Source of the DNA: a virus
DNA length: 64,000 nucleotides
Strand: one strand, 5' to 3'
Virus record (IMG/VR): IMGVR_UViG_3300020187_003193
In this document: positions 1 through 8,150 of the stretch, in pieces
How the letters are laid out: each line of letters opens with the position of its first letter
Position numbering within the stretch: position 1 is the stretch's first letter
Position numbers and translations under genes: made by a program
The notes under the pieces: model-generated
Seen by the model: only the letters and a program-made list of their open reading frames with translations
Told to the model about the DNA's origin: nothing
The model's database searches: none

Positions 1-1
1 A

Positions 2-1015
2 GAACCAGGTACAGGTGCAGATGCATCATGCCTCATTATAGCTAGAGGTGGTAAAATAGACGCCCAGGGTACTGCTCAAAACCCCATCATTTTTACCTCA
101 ATATCCGATAACATCCAAATTGGAGGAGTATACCCTTCATCAGGTCCTTCTTTAAGTATTGATGTAAGAGGATTATGGGGAGGGATTTTAATTTTGGGAA
201 AAGCCCCTGCTTCATTCAATAATAACGTAAGTGAATTACAAATTGAAGGCATCCCAGTTTCAGATACTAACGGATTATATGGTGGTTCAAATCCAACAGA
301 CAATTCAGGTATATTCAAATATGTTTCCATTAGACATGGAGGTGCTGAAATTGGAGAAGGAAATGAAATAAATGGTCTTACTTTAGGAGCCGTTGGTTCG
401 GGTACAGTAATCGACAACGTTGAAGTAATCGCAAATGTTGATGATGGTATTGAATTTTTTGGAGGAACTGTAAACGCTTCTAATCTATTAGTGTGGGGAC
501 AAGGAGATGATGCTATAGACATCGATCAGGCCTATGCTGGAACTATTGATAATGTTTTAGTTATTTTAACTGCAGCATCAGACCATGGTTTAGAAATAGA
601 TGGACCTGAAGGTTCTTTGAATGGCTCATTTACAATTAAAAATACTACAATTATAGGGGCATCTGATGGGTGTACTGCTTTAAGTGCAGATGGAGAAATT
701 GCAGATTTTAGAAGTGGAGCAATGGGAACAACAGATGGTATTTTAGCAAAAGGATTTGCAGAAGGAAAAGATGTTGAATTAGATAATGATGGAGTTGCTC
801 TAAATTATACAAATGGTTTGTTAGTATTTAAAAATTGGAATTTCTTACCAAATGAATCTTGTACAACAGAAATATTAAAAGGAGGTATATTTGATGATAA
901 ATCAGATATAGGAAGTACTTTTGAAGATGATGCTAATACATTTGCAAAAATAGTTCCCGCAGCTGAAGTTGGCGCTAATGAATCAGTATTTAATTGGACA
1001 TTTTATAAAAGGTAA
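2..1015 (+). CDS. 5'-truncated Bacteroidota-type beta-helix-like (lipo)protein
   Basis: Frame is open from position 2 (EPGTGADASCLIIARGGKIDAQGTAQNPIIFTS...), so the 194 start is internal. Repeated DDGIEFFGG / DDAIDIDQAY / DHGLEIDG turns resemble a Bacteroidota cell-envelope family. Confidence 0.55.
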   Translation, partial: EPGTGADASCLIIARGGKIDAQGTAQNPIIFTSISDNIQIGGVYPSSGPSLSIDVRGLWGGILILGKAPASFNNNVSELQIEGIPVSDTNGLYGGSNPTDNSGIFKYVSIRHGGAEIGEGNEINGLTLGAVGSGTVIDNVEVIANVDDGIEFFGGTVNASNLLVWGQGDDAIDIDQAYAGTIDNVLVILTAASDHGLEIDGPEGSLNGSFTIKNTTIIGASDGCTALSADGEIADFRSGAMGTTDGILAKGFAEGKDVELDNDGVALNYTNGLLVFKNWNFLPNESCTTEILKGGIFDDKSDIGSTFEDDANTFAKIVPAAEVGANESVFNWTFYKR

Positions 1016-1025
1016 ATATTAAAAT

Positions 1026-1050
1026 AAAGGGCGCATTAGCGCCCTTTTTT
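1026..1050. terminator. bidirectional intrinsic terminator
   Basis: AAAGGGCGC-ATTA-GCGCCCTTT 9-bp stem with a T-tract on the right and an A-tract on the left, between two convergent ORFs. Confidence 0.85.
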
Positions 1051-1228
1051 ATTTGCAGCATTTAAGATATGCTTGCCACATTTTTTGTGCAGTTTGAACG
1101 TTGATTTTACCCTCATCTAATTGTGTTCGGATAACATCATACATTTCTTTTTTTTCTTCACGAGATCTCTCGTGGGCAAAGGCTAATGTACTCACTAATA
1201 ACATTGCTACTAAAAGTAATTTCTTCAT
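1049..1228 (-). CDS. small secreted protein, 59 aa (not in ORF track)
   Basis: MKKLLLVAMLLVSTLAFAHERSREEKKEMYDVIRTQLDEGKINVQTAQKMWQAYLKCCK*. Clear signal peptide; ATATTTAT upstream on the same strand (1253-1260); ends at the bidirectional terminator. Confidence 0.7.
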   Translation of the reverse strand: MKKLLLVAMLLVSTLAFAHERSREEKKEMYDVIRTQLDEGKINVQTAQKMWQAYLKCCK

Positions 1229-1260
1229 AGTACATGGTTTTAGTTATCGTTTATAAATAT

Positions 1261-1306
1261 TAACGTCATTTTAACGTCATAGTAATATATGAAAGCGTCA
1301 TATGAC
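1261..1306. repeat. CGTCAT repeats in divergent intergenic region
   Basis: TAACGTCAT at 1261 and 1272, GCGTCAT at 1295, palindrome GTCATATGAC at 1297-1306. Confidence 0.6.
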
Positions 1307-1320
1307 ATCCACGTATTTTG

Positions 1321-1351
1321 TTGGATACTTTAAATAGGAGCATTATATTTA
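1321..1351 (+). promoter_or_regulatory. class I promoter TTGG-N19-TATATTTA
   Basis: One of 14 copies with identical 19-nt spacing; 16 nt upstream of an ATG. Confidence 0.65.
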
Positions 1352-1367
1352 TATTAAATCATAAGTT

Positions 1368-1544
1368 ATGAAACTAAAAATAGGTGATAAAGTTAATTTT
1401 GACTTTTTAAGTGAACCCTTAGTAGGGATTATAGAAGAAATACGTCCTTTATCTTACGGGGTAGACCAAGAAGATAGATACTTTATTAATGATGGGTCTT
1501 ACAAATATCCTATTAGAAAAGCAAATATCCAAGGAAAGTTATGA
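1368..1544 (+). CDS. hypothetical protein, 58 aa (not in ORF track)
   Basis: MKLKIGDKVNFDFLSEPLVGIIEEIRP...; follows the promoter; AAGTTATG start context; ATGA overlap with the next ORF. Confidence 0.6.
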   Translation: MKLKIGDKVNFDFLSEPLVGIIEEIRPLSYGVDQEDRYFINDGSYKYPIRKANIQGKL

Positions 1545-1660
1545 AAGAAAAAGAATGGTGCGAATACAGCGGAATGCCTTCCCCCTATTTTTACATGGAC
1601 GACGATAATTGGGACACAATATCTATCCCACCAAACGAAACAACAACAATTGAAGACTAA
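1541..1660 (+). CDS. hypothetical protein, 39 aa (not in ORF track)
   Basis: MKEKEWCEYSGMPSPYFYMDDDNWDTISIPPNETTTIED*; ATGA coupling to the previous ORF. Confidence 0.45.
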   Translation: MKEKEWCEYSGMPSPYFYMDDDNWDTISIPPNETTTIED

Positions 1661-1661
1661 T

Positions 1662-1692
1662 TTGGCTACCCAGGAAATTGTTCGTATATTTA
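1662..1692 (+). promoter_or_regulatory. class I promoter
   Basis: TTGG-CTACCCAGGAAATTGTTCG-TATATTTA. Confidence 0.75.
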
Positions 1693-1717
1693 CGGTATAA
1701 TAATAAAATCAAAGGTT

Positions 1718-1972
1718 ATGGCTAGTAAAGGAAGACCTGCATCAGGTCCAAAAACCCCAATTACAATTATTTTTGCAACATCGAAGAACTCGAATGCTCA
1801 AACCAAAGTAAAAACAATCCGCAATAGATCAATTGATGATTTATTAGATTGTAACTTTGTTATACCTGGCATATCAGCAAAGGCTGTTATCAAGGAAGTA
1901 TTAGTAGGTGAAAGGCCTGAATTTATCAACCCTTACTTAAAGAAACATGGTTTACCAAGTATATCTAAGTAG
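1718..1972 (+). CDS. hypothetical protein
   Basis: 84-aa ORF after the promoter; basic N-terminal GRP motif. Confidence 0.6.
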   Translation: MASKGRPASGPKTPITIIFATSKNSNAQTKVKTIRNRSIDDLLDCNFVIPGISAKAVIKEVLVGERPEFINPYLKKHGLPSISK

Positions 1973-2468
1973 GGAAGAACTACAACAAAAATTTTCCAAA
2001 TTACGCAAGCTAAAATACAATAGATTTCGCTGGTGGAGAATGTACGACGATCCCAAAGAAAAACTCCATCCACGATCATCACTACGTGATCGTATTATGA
2101 ATGGTGATTTTGACTATCCACACTACAAATACCAGGCTATGTGGGTAGAACATGATATAAACGATATGCGTGAGCTACACAAAAACGATCCGGGACGTTA
2201 TGTCGAGGAATCGTCGTTGCTTAGAACACGTAGAAAACGTTTATTAGAGGATTTTGAGAAAGAAGAAAACGAAAAACTCGAATCACTTGTTACTGAATTC
2301 GCAAGGAATTTCAAATGTAGTATAGACGAAGCTAGAAAGGAAATGGAGGAATTCGATGGTACATTACTCGAATTATATTTCCATATCGAAGAAAAATACA
2401 AAATTGTACACATGCCTTATCCCGGAAAAAGGAGAGGAAGACCTGCAAAAAACTTGGCTACGGCATAA
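1947..2468 (+). CDS. hypothetical protein
   Basis: 173-aa ORF in operon context. Confidence 0.65.
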   Translation: MVYQVYLSREELQQKFSKLRKLKYNRFRWWRMYDDPKEKLHPRSSLRDRIMNGDFDYPHYKYQAMWVEHDINDMRELHKNDPGRYVEESSLLRTRRKRLLEDFEKEENEKLESLVTEFARNFKCSIDEARKEMEEFDGTLLELYFHIEEKYKIVHMPYPGKRRGRPAKNLATA

Positions 2469-2484
2469 ACCCTTATTATATTCA
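2454..2484 (+). promoter_or_regulatory. class I promoter
   Basis: TTGG-N19-TATATTCA upstream of the trx-que operon. Confidence 0.65.
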
Positions 2485-2488
2485 TAAA

Positions 2489-2716
2489 ATGAAAACAAAA
2501 GAACAGATTGAACTAGACTTGTACCATGTCAATCAAAGACAAAGCGTACAAAAATTAAAAGAAATTCCAAACCCAAAACTACATCAAACAATTTCATTTA
2601 TTAAATCAGGAATTCGTATAGCAGCCTGTTTAGCTGGTATATGGGGATTCTATGAGATAGGATTTTTAGGATTACTTATAGCAGAAATAGTTGGAATTAA
2701 AGAAGAATTAGTGTAA
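2489..2716 (+). CDS. small membrane protein
   Basis: Hydrophobic C-terminal half. Confidence 0.6.
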   Translation: MKTKEQIELDLYHVNQRQSVQKLKEIPNPKLHQTISFIKSGIRIAACLAGIWGFYEIGFLGLLIAEIVGIKEELV

Positions 2717-2725
2717 ATTACAAAT

Positions 2726-2971
2726 ATGAAACAAATACTTTACTTTAGCGCAGCATGGTGCGGACCATGTAAACAATTAGGACCAACAATGGAAGGTCTA
2801 AGCGACCAAATCAGCTACATAAAAATCGATGTAGACCAAGATCAAGAATCCTCTATTAAATATGGAGTTAGAAATATCCCTACTTTAATTCTCTTAGAAA
2901 ATGGAGAAGTAAAAGGTAGATTAGTAGGAAATCAACAATCAGAAACAATTTTAAATTTTTATAATGGGTAA
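2726..2971 (+). CDS. trxA: thioredoxin
   Basis: WCGPC active site; cis-Pro loop VRNIPTL. Confidence 0.92.
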   Translation: MKQILYFSAAWCGPCKQLGPTMEGLSDQISYIKIDVDQDQESSIKYGVRNIPTLILLENGEVKGRLVGNQQSETILNFYNG

Positions 2972-3479
2972 ATTTGTATCAACAAAAGTATTTGACGGAT
3001 TCAGTTGTGTATTCCGTCAATGGAAAGCAGAAACAACACACTGTAGATTCTTACATGGTTATGGAATTTCATTTAAAGTATGGTTCGAAGGTGAACTAGA
3101 CGATAGAAACTGGGTTTGGGACTTTGGTGGAATGAAAAGAGCTAAAGGACAAATCGATGGTATGTCTCCTAAAGAATGGATGGACTATATGTTCGATCAT
3201 ACTTTCTTAGTAGCTGAAGACGATCCATTTAAAGATTCATTTTTAGCAATGAACGAAGCAGAAGCAGCTCAAGTTAGAGTTATACCAGCTACAGGAGCAG
3301 AACGTTTTGCTCAATATATCTTTGAAAAGTTAAATCCGTTTATTAAGGAAGAAACAGAAGGTAGAGTGAAGGTAATTAGAGTAGAATTTAGAGAACATGG
3401 TAAAAATTCTGCTATGTACGAAGAAACTAGTTCTAACGAAAAACTAGAAACTGTATTAAAAACTTTAAGTAGTTTATAA
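2964..3479 (+). CDS. queD: 6-carboxy-5,6,7,8-tetrahydropterin synthase (QueD/PTPS family)
   Basis: HCRFLHGY, FDHTF and EFREHGKNSA motifs; clustered with queC/queE/folE. Confidence 0.88.
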   Translation: MGKFVSTKVFDGFSCVFRQWKAETTHCRFLHGYGISFKVWFEGELDDRNWVWDFGGMKRAKGQIDGMSPKEWMDYMFDHTFLVAEDDPFKDSFLAMNEAEAAQVRVIPATGAERFAQYIFEKLNPFIKEETEGRVKVIRVEFREHGKNSAMYEETSSNEKLETVLKTLSSL

Positions 3480-4294
3480 TGAAAGTTAGCCACGAAGTTC
3501 CTAAATGTCTTTTAAATAATAGTCCTGAGTTCAACGACTACGACTATTGTTTACCTCACTTGCTTGATCAAGATAAACAGTATCTTAAATATTTTAAGGA
3601 AGCAAAGGTAAAAGGACGTTATATTATTATGGATAACAGCCTCCACGAATTAGGAGAGGCATACGATCATAGCCGTTTAATGTACTGGATAAACGAACTA
3701 GAACCAGATGAATTTATCGTTCCTGATGTATGGGAAAACAAAACCCAAACATTAGTAAACGCTAAACATTGGAAACAATTCACATACCCAGAAAACACTA
3801 CACCTGTAGCAGTTGTTCAAGCTAAGTCTTATGGTGAAGCATACGAGTGCTACCATTTACTAAAAGAATTAGGATATGAGAAAATAGCATTTTCATATGG
3901 TGCTGCTTACTATAACGAAGTATCCCACCACCCTAATATGGATATGGGTAAAGCCTTAGGAAGAATTATAGTTATCAGTATGCTTTTTAAAGCAGGTATA
4001 ATTTCTAAAACAGATAGAGTACACCTTCTTGGTTGCTCTGTTCCACAAGAGTTTGGATGGTATAAAGACCATCCGTATATTGAAACAATCGATACGTCAA
4101 ATCCAATTATGGCGGCTTTAGAAAACGTTGAATATACAGAACGTGGTTTAGATTCTAAACCTAAAGCAAACATGAATGACTTTTTCGATATTGATGGTAA
4201 GAAAGTAGATTATGAACTAGTATTACATAACACTACTATGTTTAGAGAAATAAATGGTTTAGCCTATAACCACAACATACCTGGCACAATTTAA
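3479..4294 (+). CDS. TGT-fold transglycosylase-like protein (DpdA-like candidate)
   Basis: IMDNS, VHLLG and IDTSNP segments resemble TGT/DpdA DSG, HxLG and D-S motifs; lies between queD and queC. Confidence 0.55.
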   Translation: MKVSHEVPKCLLNNSPEFNDYDYCLPHLLDQDKQYLKYFKEAKVKGRYIIMDNSLHELGEAYDHSRLMYWINELEPDEFIVPDVWENKTQTLVNAKHWKQFTYPENTTPVAVVQAKSYGEAYECYHLLKELGYEKIAFSYGAAYYNEVSHHPNMDMGKALGRIIVISMLFKAGIISKTDRVHLLGCSVPQEFGWYKDHPYIETIDTSNPIMAALENVEYTERGLDSKPKANMNDFFDIDGKKVDYELVLHNTTMFREINGLAYNHNIPGTI

Positions 4295-4305
4295 ATTATT
4301 TTAAA

Positions 4306-5100
4306 ATGGCAAAGCATTGCGTTGTTAGTCTTAGCGGAGGGATGGACTCCTCAACATTATTATTAAGAGCATTATCTGAATACGATACTGTAACTGGTAT
4401 CTCATTCGATTATGGTCAAAAACATAGAGTTGAGTTAGAAAGAGCTCAATCATTAATCGATTATCTAGCGGATAATGGTCACAAAGTAACTTATCGTCAA
4501 ATTCAATTAAATGGACTAGTAGATCTACTTGATTCAGCTTTAGTAGATGGAGGAGATGATGTACCAGAAGGACATTATGAGAATGATAACATGAAAGAAA
4601 CAGTTGTACCTAACCGAAACAAAATGTTTGCTTCTATTACTCAAGCTGTAGCTTTATCTATTGCAAATCGTACAAAAGAAAATTGCGATATTGCTTTAGG
4701 TATTCATGCTGGTGACCACGCGATTTACCCAGATTGTAGACAAGAATTTAGAGATGCAGATGATGCAGCTTTTAGAAACGGTAATTGGGATGCAGATCGT
4801 GTAGGTTATTTTACACCATATTTAGATACAGACAAATTTGGTATCTTAGAGGATGGCTTAATTTTATGTGATATGTTAGATTTAGACTTCGATGAAGTTT
4901 ATAAAAGAACCAACACTTCATATAAACCTTACCCATCAGGCAACTCAGATTACAAGTCAGCATCTTCAGTAGAACGTATTGAAGCGTTTATTAAACTTGG
5001 ACGTAAAGATCCAGTTCAATATGAAGATGAGACTGGTGAAGTAAGCTGGGAAGTAGCAAAATCTGCAGTTGAGAAGGTATTAGCCGATCACGTAGCTTAA
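4306..5100 (+). CDS. queC: 7-cyano-7-deazaguanine synthase
   Basis: SLSGGMDS PP-loop, FDYGQKH, VPNRN, YPDCR motifs; C-terminal Zn cysteines absent. Confidence 0.9.
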   Translation: MAKHCVVSLSGGMDSSTLLLRALSEYDTVTGISFDYGQKHRVELERAQSLIDYLADNGHKVTYRQIQLNGLVDLLDSALVDGGDDVPEGHYENDNMKETVVPNRNKMFASITQAVALSIANRTKENCDIALGIHAGDHAIYPDCRQEFRDADDAAFRNGNWDADRVGYFTPYLDTDKFGILEDGLILCDMLDLDFDEVYKRTNTSYKPYPSGNSDYKSASSVERIEAFIKLGRKDPVQYEDETGEVSWEVAKSAVEKVLADHVA

Positions 5101-5107
5101 AAAGGTA

Positions 5108-5192
5108 GGAAGTGTGGCAGAGTGGTCGAATGCGGCAGTCTTGAAAACTGTTGTACTGCAAGGTACCGGGGGTTCGAATCCCTCCACTTCCG
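5108..5192 (+). tRNA. tRNA-Ser (UGA anticodon)
   Basis: GGAAGTG/CACTTCC acceptor stem, anticodon loop CT-TGA-AA (5142-5144), long variable arm, GGTTCGAATCC T-arm, G discriminator; CCA not encoded. Confidence 0.93.
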
Positions 5193-5265
5193 CAAAGGTT
5201 TACTAGTTCCTTAAAAACTAGTTGGTGACGCTCTTGGAACAGGGAAGCCAAAGTTCATTTTTTAA

Positions 5266-5390
5266 TGACTACTAAACGTACTGCGTGTAATGAAAATTCG
5301 GCTGTACAAGTTTACGTGAAACGTGTGACTATACCTTCGAAAAGTATAGGTGAAGCGTGTGAGTAAAAACAACGGTCGATTAGTAGTTCA
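5266..5390 (+). ncRNA. candidate structured RNA between the two tRNAs
   Basis: ACTACTAA (5268-75) pairs with TTAGTAGT (5380-87) and encloses three hairpins. A 33-codon ORF (5265-5366) overlaps it as an alternative reading. Confidence 0.35.
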
Positions 5391-5391
5391 C

Positions 5392-5462
5392 GGGTAGTTC
5401 GTTTAGCGGCAGGACGCTTGATTCCGATTCAGGTAAGGGGGGTTCGATTCCCCCACTATCCA
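5392..5462 (+). tRNA. atypical tRNA, anticodon CCG (nominally Arg), Glu-like body
   Basis: GGGTAGT/ACTATCC acceptor stem, GTTT/GGAC D-stem, CTTGA-TTCCGAT-TCAGG anticodon arm, 4-nt variable loop, GGGGG-TTCGATT-CCCCC T-arm. Confidence 0.8.
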
Positions 5463-5495
5463 CTTAATTTCCAACAATGAATATAGGATTTTCAC

Positions 5496-5503
5496 ATATT
5501 TAT
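5496..5503 (+). promoter_or_regulatory. class II motif ATATTTAT (putative late promoter)
   Basis: 20 nt upstream of the tail fibre ATG; the same motif precedes several other genes. Confidence 0.45.
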
Positions 5504-5523
5504 AGTATATAAACTTGCTATAG

Positions 5524-8145
5524 ATGGCTACACTTACAAATAGGACTATTAGATCGACTTACGGTCAACTTTTACAATTAGAAGATTTACTAATACAAGA
5601 TGGTTTTGGAACCGGCTCTTTAAGTGGTTCATTTGACCTAAGCGGTTCATTTGATCTTAATGGCCCACAAACCATTACAGGTAGTCTAGGAGTAACAGGA
5701 GATACTAAAATTACTGGCTCCTTAGTAGCATCAGGTACATTCATTTCCTTCTCAGGAGATACAGTTATAGTAGGAGATACTCAAATTACAGGTACTTTAG
5801 ATGCAAGTGGAAACTCAACAATAGGAGGTACATTAGATATAGGTGGAAATACAACAGTAACTGGTACGTTTGACGCTTCAGATAGTGCATCCATAGGAGG
5901 TACTTTAGATATAGGAGGAGCAACTACCATTACAGGTTCCACTAATATTTCAGGTTCAGTAGGAGTAGTAGGAAATCTAATCGTAAATGGAACTGCTTCT
6001 ATAGATTATTTAGTTACTACATACCAATCTTCATCAGTAATATATGCTTCAGGTTCAACCAAATTTGGAGATACTTTAGATGATACTCACATATTTTCTG
6101 GAAGTATCAATATGAATGGTCCCGGAGCCGGATTTACAGGTTCAGTAGGAATAGATGGAAATTTAGACGTCAATGGAGATACAGTCATAGTTGGAGATAC
6201 AACTATAACAGGTTCTTTAGACATTTCAGGAAGTGTTACCTTAGTAGGAAATACCATATTAAGTGGATCCTTTAGTGGATCAACTCAAGGAGACTTTACA
6301 GGTATAGGATCGGGATCTTTTAGTGGATCTTTTGAAGGTGATGGAGAAGGTGTAACTGGTATTTTAAGTTCTTCTACTACAATTACAGCATCTCATGCTA
6401 TGTCTATTACAGAAGGATTAACTGCATCTTTTGCAGATAACGCTTCCTCTTCCTCAACTGCTATATCTTCAAGTTACGCCTATAATGCAGACCATCTAGG
6501 CCTAGAAGACAAATCATCAGATTCTGGTGAACATTTTATACTATTATCCGATACAGCAACTGGTACCCATAAAATAGGTACAGATTCTGGGTTTAAATTT
6601 AATACTGCTACTAACACAATAACTGCTACTAAGTTTATTGGAAGTGTAGAAGGTAATGCAACAACCGCAAACACTGCATCTTTCTTATTAGGTTCGATTG
6701 ATAACGCAGTATTTGCTCAAACAGCTTCATTAGCAATATCTACTTCTGTAGTGAATGTTACTACACAATCATTTGCTTCAAGTGGAGATGGTCCATTTAC
6801 AGGATCTTTTTCAAGTAGTTTCTACTCATTCTTTTCAGGATCTGCAACTGGTTCTTACTTAGGAACATTTACAGGTTCACTTTTAGGAAATGCTGCTACT
6901 GCAACCCTAGCCACAACAGCTTCACATGCTTTAAATGTTCCTGCTACGGCTTCTCATGCTTTAACAGCAGTTACAGCTTCACATGCTTTAAATGTACCTG
7001 TAACAGCATCATATGCTATAACAGCTTCACATGCTTTAAATGTTCCTGCTACTTCATCACATGCTTTAACAGCAGTTACAGCTTCTATAGCAAATTCTGT
7101 AAAAGGAAATTCTGTAGCACTAGGAGCAGATACCACCGGAAATTATATTGCAGGAATTACAGCTGGTACTTTAATAGATGTAACAAGTGGAACAGGAGAA
7201 GGCGTAACTACTACTGTAAATGTAGATTTAGCAGAATTATCAACCTCTACAACTAATGGGGATGGTGATTTCTTTGCAGTAATAGATTCCTCTAATGTCC
7301 AAAGAAAATTAACTAAATCCAATATTAATCTTTCAGGATTTAATAATGACTTAAATATAGGAGATATTGAATCAGTTGTAGCGGGAGCAGGTTTAACTGG
7401 AGGTGGAACAACTGGAGATGTTACTTTAAATGTTGGAGCAGGAACCGGTATCAATGTAGCAGCTGATGCTATTTCAGTAGACGTTTCCGATTTTATGACA
7501 AATGGTTCAAATAACCGTGTTATAACTGCTACAGGTGCGGATGCTATGAACGCTGAAGCTAATTTAACATTTGATGGTACTACTTTAACGATAGCAGGTA
7601 ACATTAATACAGGGCAAGGTACTACTGAGGTTTATTTAATGAACCAAAATGTTAGAACTACTGATGGAGTAACATTTACTACTGTAAATACAGGACAAGG
7701 TGCAAACGAACTGTACGCAATGAATCAGAATGTCCGTTCTACAGATGCCGTAACATTTGCTACTGTAAATACAGGACAAGGTGCAAACGATTTGTATGCT
7801 ATGAACCAAAATGTTCGTACAACAGATGATGTAAGCTTTAACTCTATAACAGAAACATCTGCAAAGCGTTTTAAAGAAAATATCCAACCTTTAGAATCTA
7901 ATCCTATCTTAAATTTACGTCCCGTAACATTTGATTGGAAAGAAACAGGAGCTAGTGATATTGGTTTGATTGCTGAAGAAGTAAACGTACATTTACCAGA
8001 ATTAGTTAAGAAAAATGAAGAAGGAGAAGTAGAGGGTATTAAATATTCCAAATTAACTTCTTTACTTATAGATGTTGTTCAAAAACAACAATCCCAAATT
8101 GAAGCTTTACAAAGCGAGATTAAGTGGATTAAAAATAGGTTATAA
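5524..8145 (+). CDS. tail fibre/spike-like structural protein with C-terminal intramolecular chaperone (peptidase S74-like)
   Basis: G/S/T-rich repeats; C-terminal SAKRFKENI...LRPVTFDWK...IGLIAEEV followed by a coiled coil. Confidence 0.8.
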   Translation: MATLTNRTIRSTYGQLLQLEDLLIQDGFGTGSLSGSFDLSGSFDLNGPQTITGSLGVTGDTKITGSLVASGTFISFSGDTVIVGDTQITGTLDASGNSTIGGTLDIGGNTTVTGTFDASDSASIGGTLDIGGATTITGSTNISGSVGVVGNLIVNGTASIDYLVTTYQSSSVIYASGSTKFGDTLDDTHIFSGSINMNGPGAGFTGSVGIDGNLDVNGDTVIVGDTTITGSLDISGSVTLVGNTILSGSFSGSTQGDFTGIGSGSFSGSFEGDGEGVTGILSSSTTITASHAMSITEGLTASFADNASSSSTAISSSYAYNADHLGLEDKSSDSGEHFILLSDTATGTHKIGTDSGFKFNTATNTITATKFIGSVEGNATTANTASFLLGSIDNAVFAQTASLAISTSVVNVTTQSFASSGDGPFTGSFSSSFYSFFSGSATGSYLGTFTGSLLGNAATATLATTASHALNVPATASHALTAVTASHALNVPVTASYAITASHALNVPATSSHALTAVTASIANSVKGNSVALGADTTGNYIAGITAGTLIDVTSGTGEGVTTTVNVDLAELSTSTTNGDGDFFAVIDSSNVQRKLTKSNINLSGFNNDLNIGDIESVVAGAGLTGGGTTGDVTLNVGAGTGINVAADAISVDVSDFMTNGSNNRVITATGADAMNAEANLTFDGTTLTIAGNINTGQGTTEVYLMNQNVRTTDGVTFTTVNTGQGANELYAMNQNVRSTDAVTFATVNTGQGANDLYAMNQNVRTTDDVSFNSITETSAKRFKENIQPLESNPILNLRPVTFDWKETGASDIGLIAEEVNVHLPELVKKNEEGEVEGIKYSKLTSLLIDVVQKQQSQIEALQSEIKWIKNRL
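6916..7092 (+). repeat. coding repeats TASHAL(NVPA/TAV) in tail fibre
   Basis: About seven T-A/S-S-H/Y/I-A units, with near-identical DNA copies (acagcttcacatgctttaa). Confidence 0.85.
7606..7848 (+). repeat. 3 x 81-bp (27-aa) tandem coding repeat
   Basis: NTGQG...MNQNVRxTDxVxF units start at 7606, 7687 and 7768. Confidence 0.9.
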
Positions 8146-8150
8146 AAAGG

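Noticed and set aside
76-522. Minus-strand ORFs in the track (e.g. 76-522, 2198-2413, 7143-7604, 23858-24127, 53432-54088, 53955-54266, 60425-60670)
   Set aside because: They are antisense shadows of well-supported + strand genes, with no recognisable motifs or upstream signals.
4991-5251. 86-aa minus-strand ORF
   Set aside because: Overlaps tRNA-Ser and the end of queC; its apparent peptide is the tRNA read antisense.
5193-5260. HDV-like (theta) ribozyme at the tRNA-Ser 3' end
   Set aside because: I could not build the P1/P2/P3/P1.1 nested pseudoknot; only a simple H-type pseudoknot or hairpin fits.
5524-8145. Diversity-generating retroelement target
   Set aside because: No reverse transcriptase and no TR/VR pair with adenine-specific mismatches seen; the repeats are tandem and intragenic.
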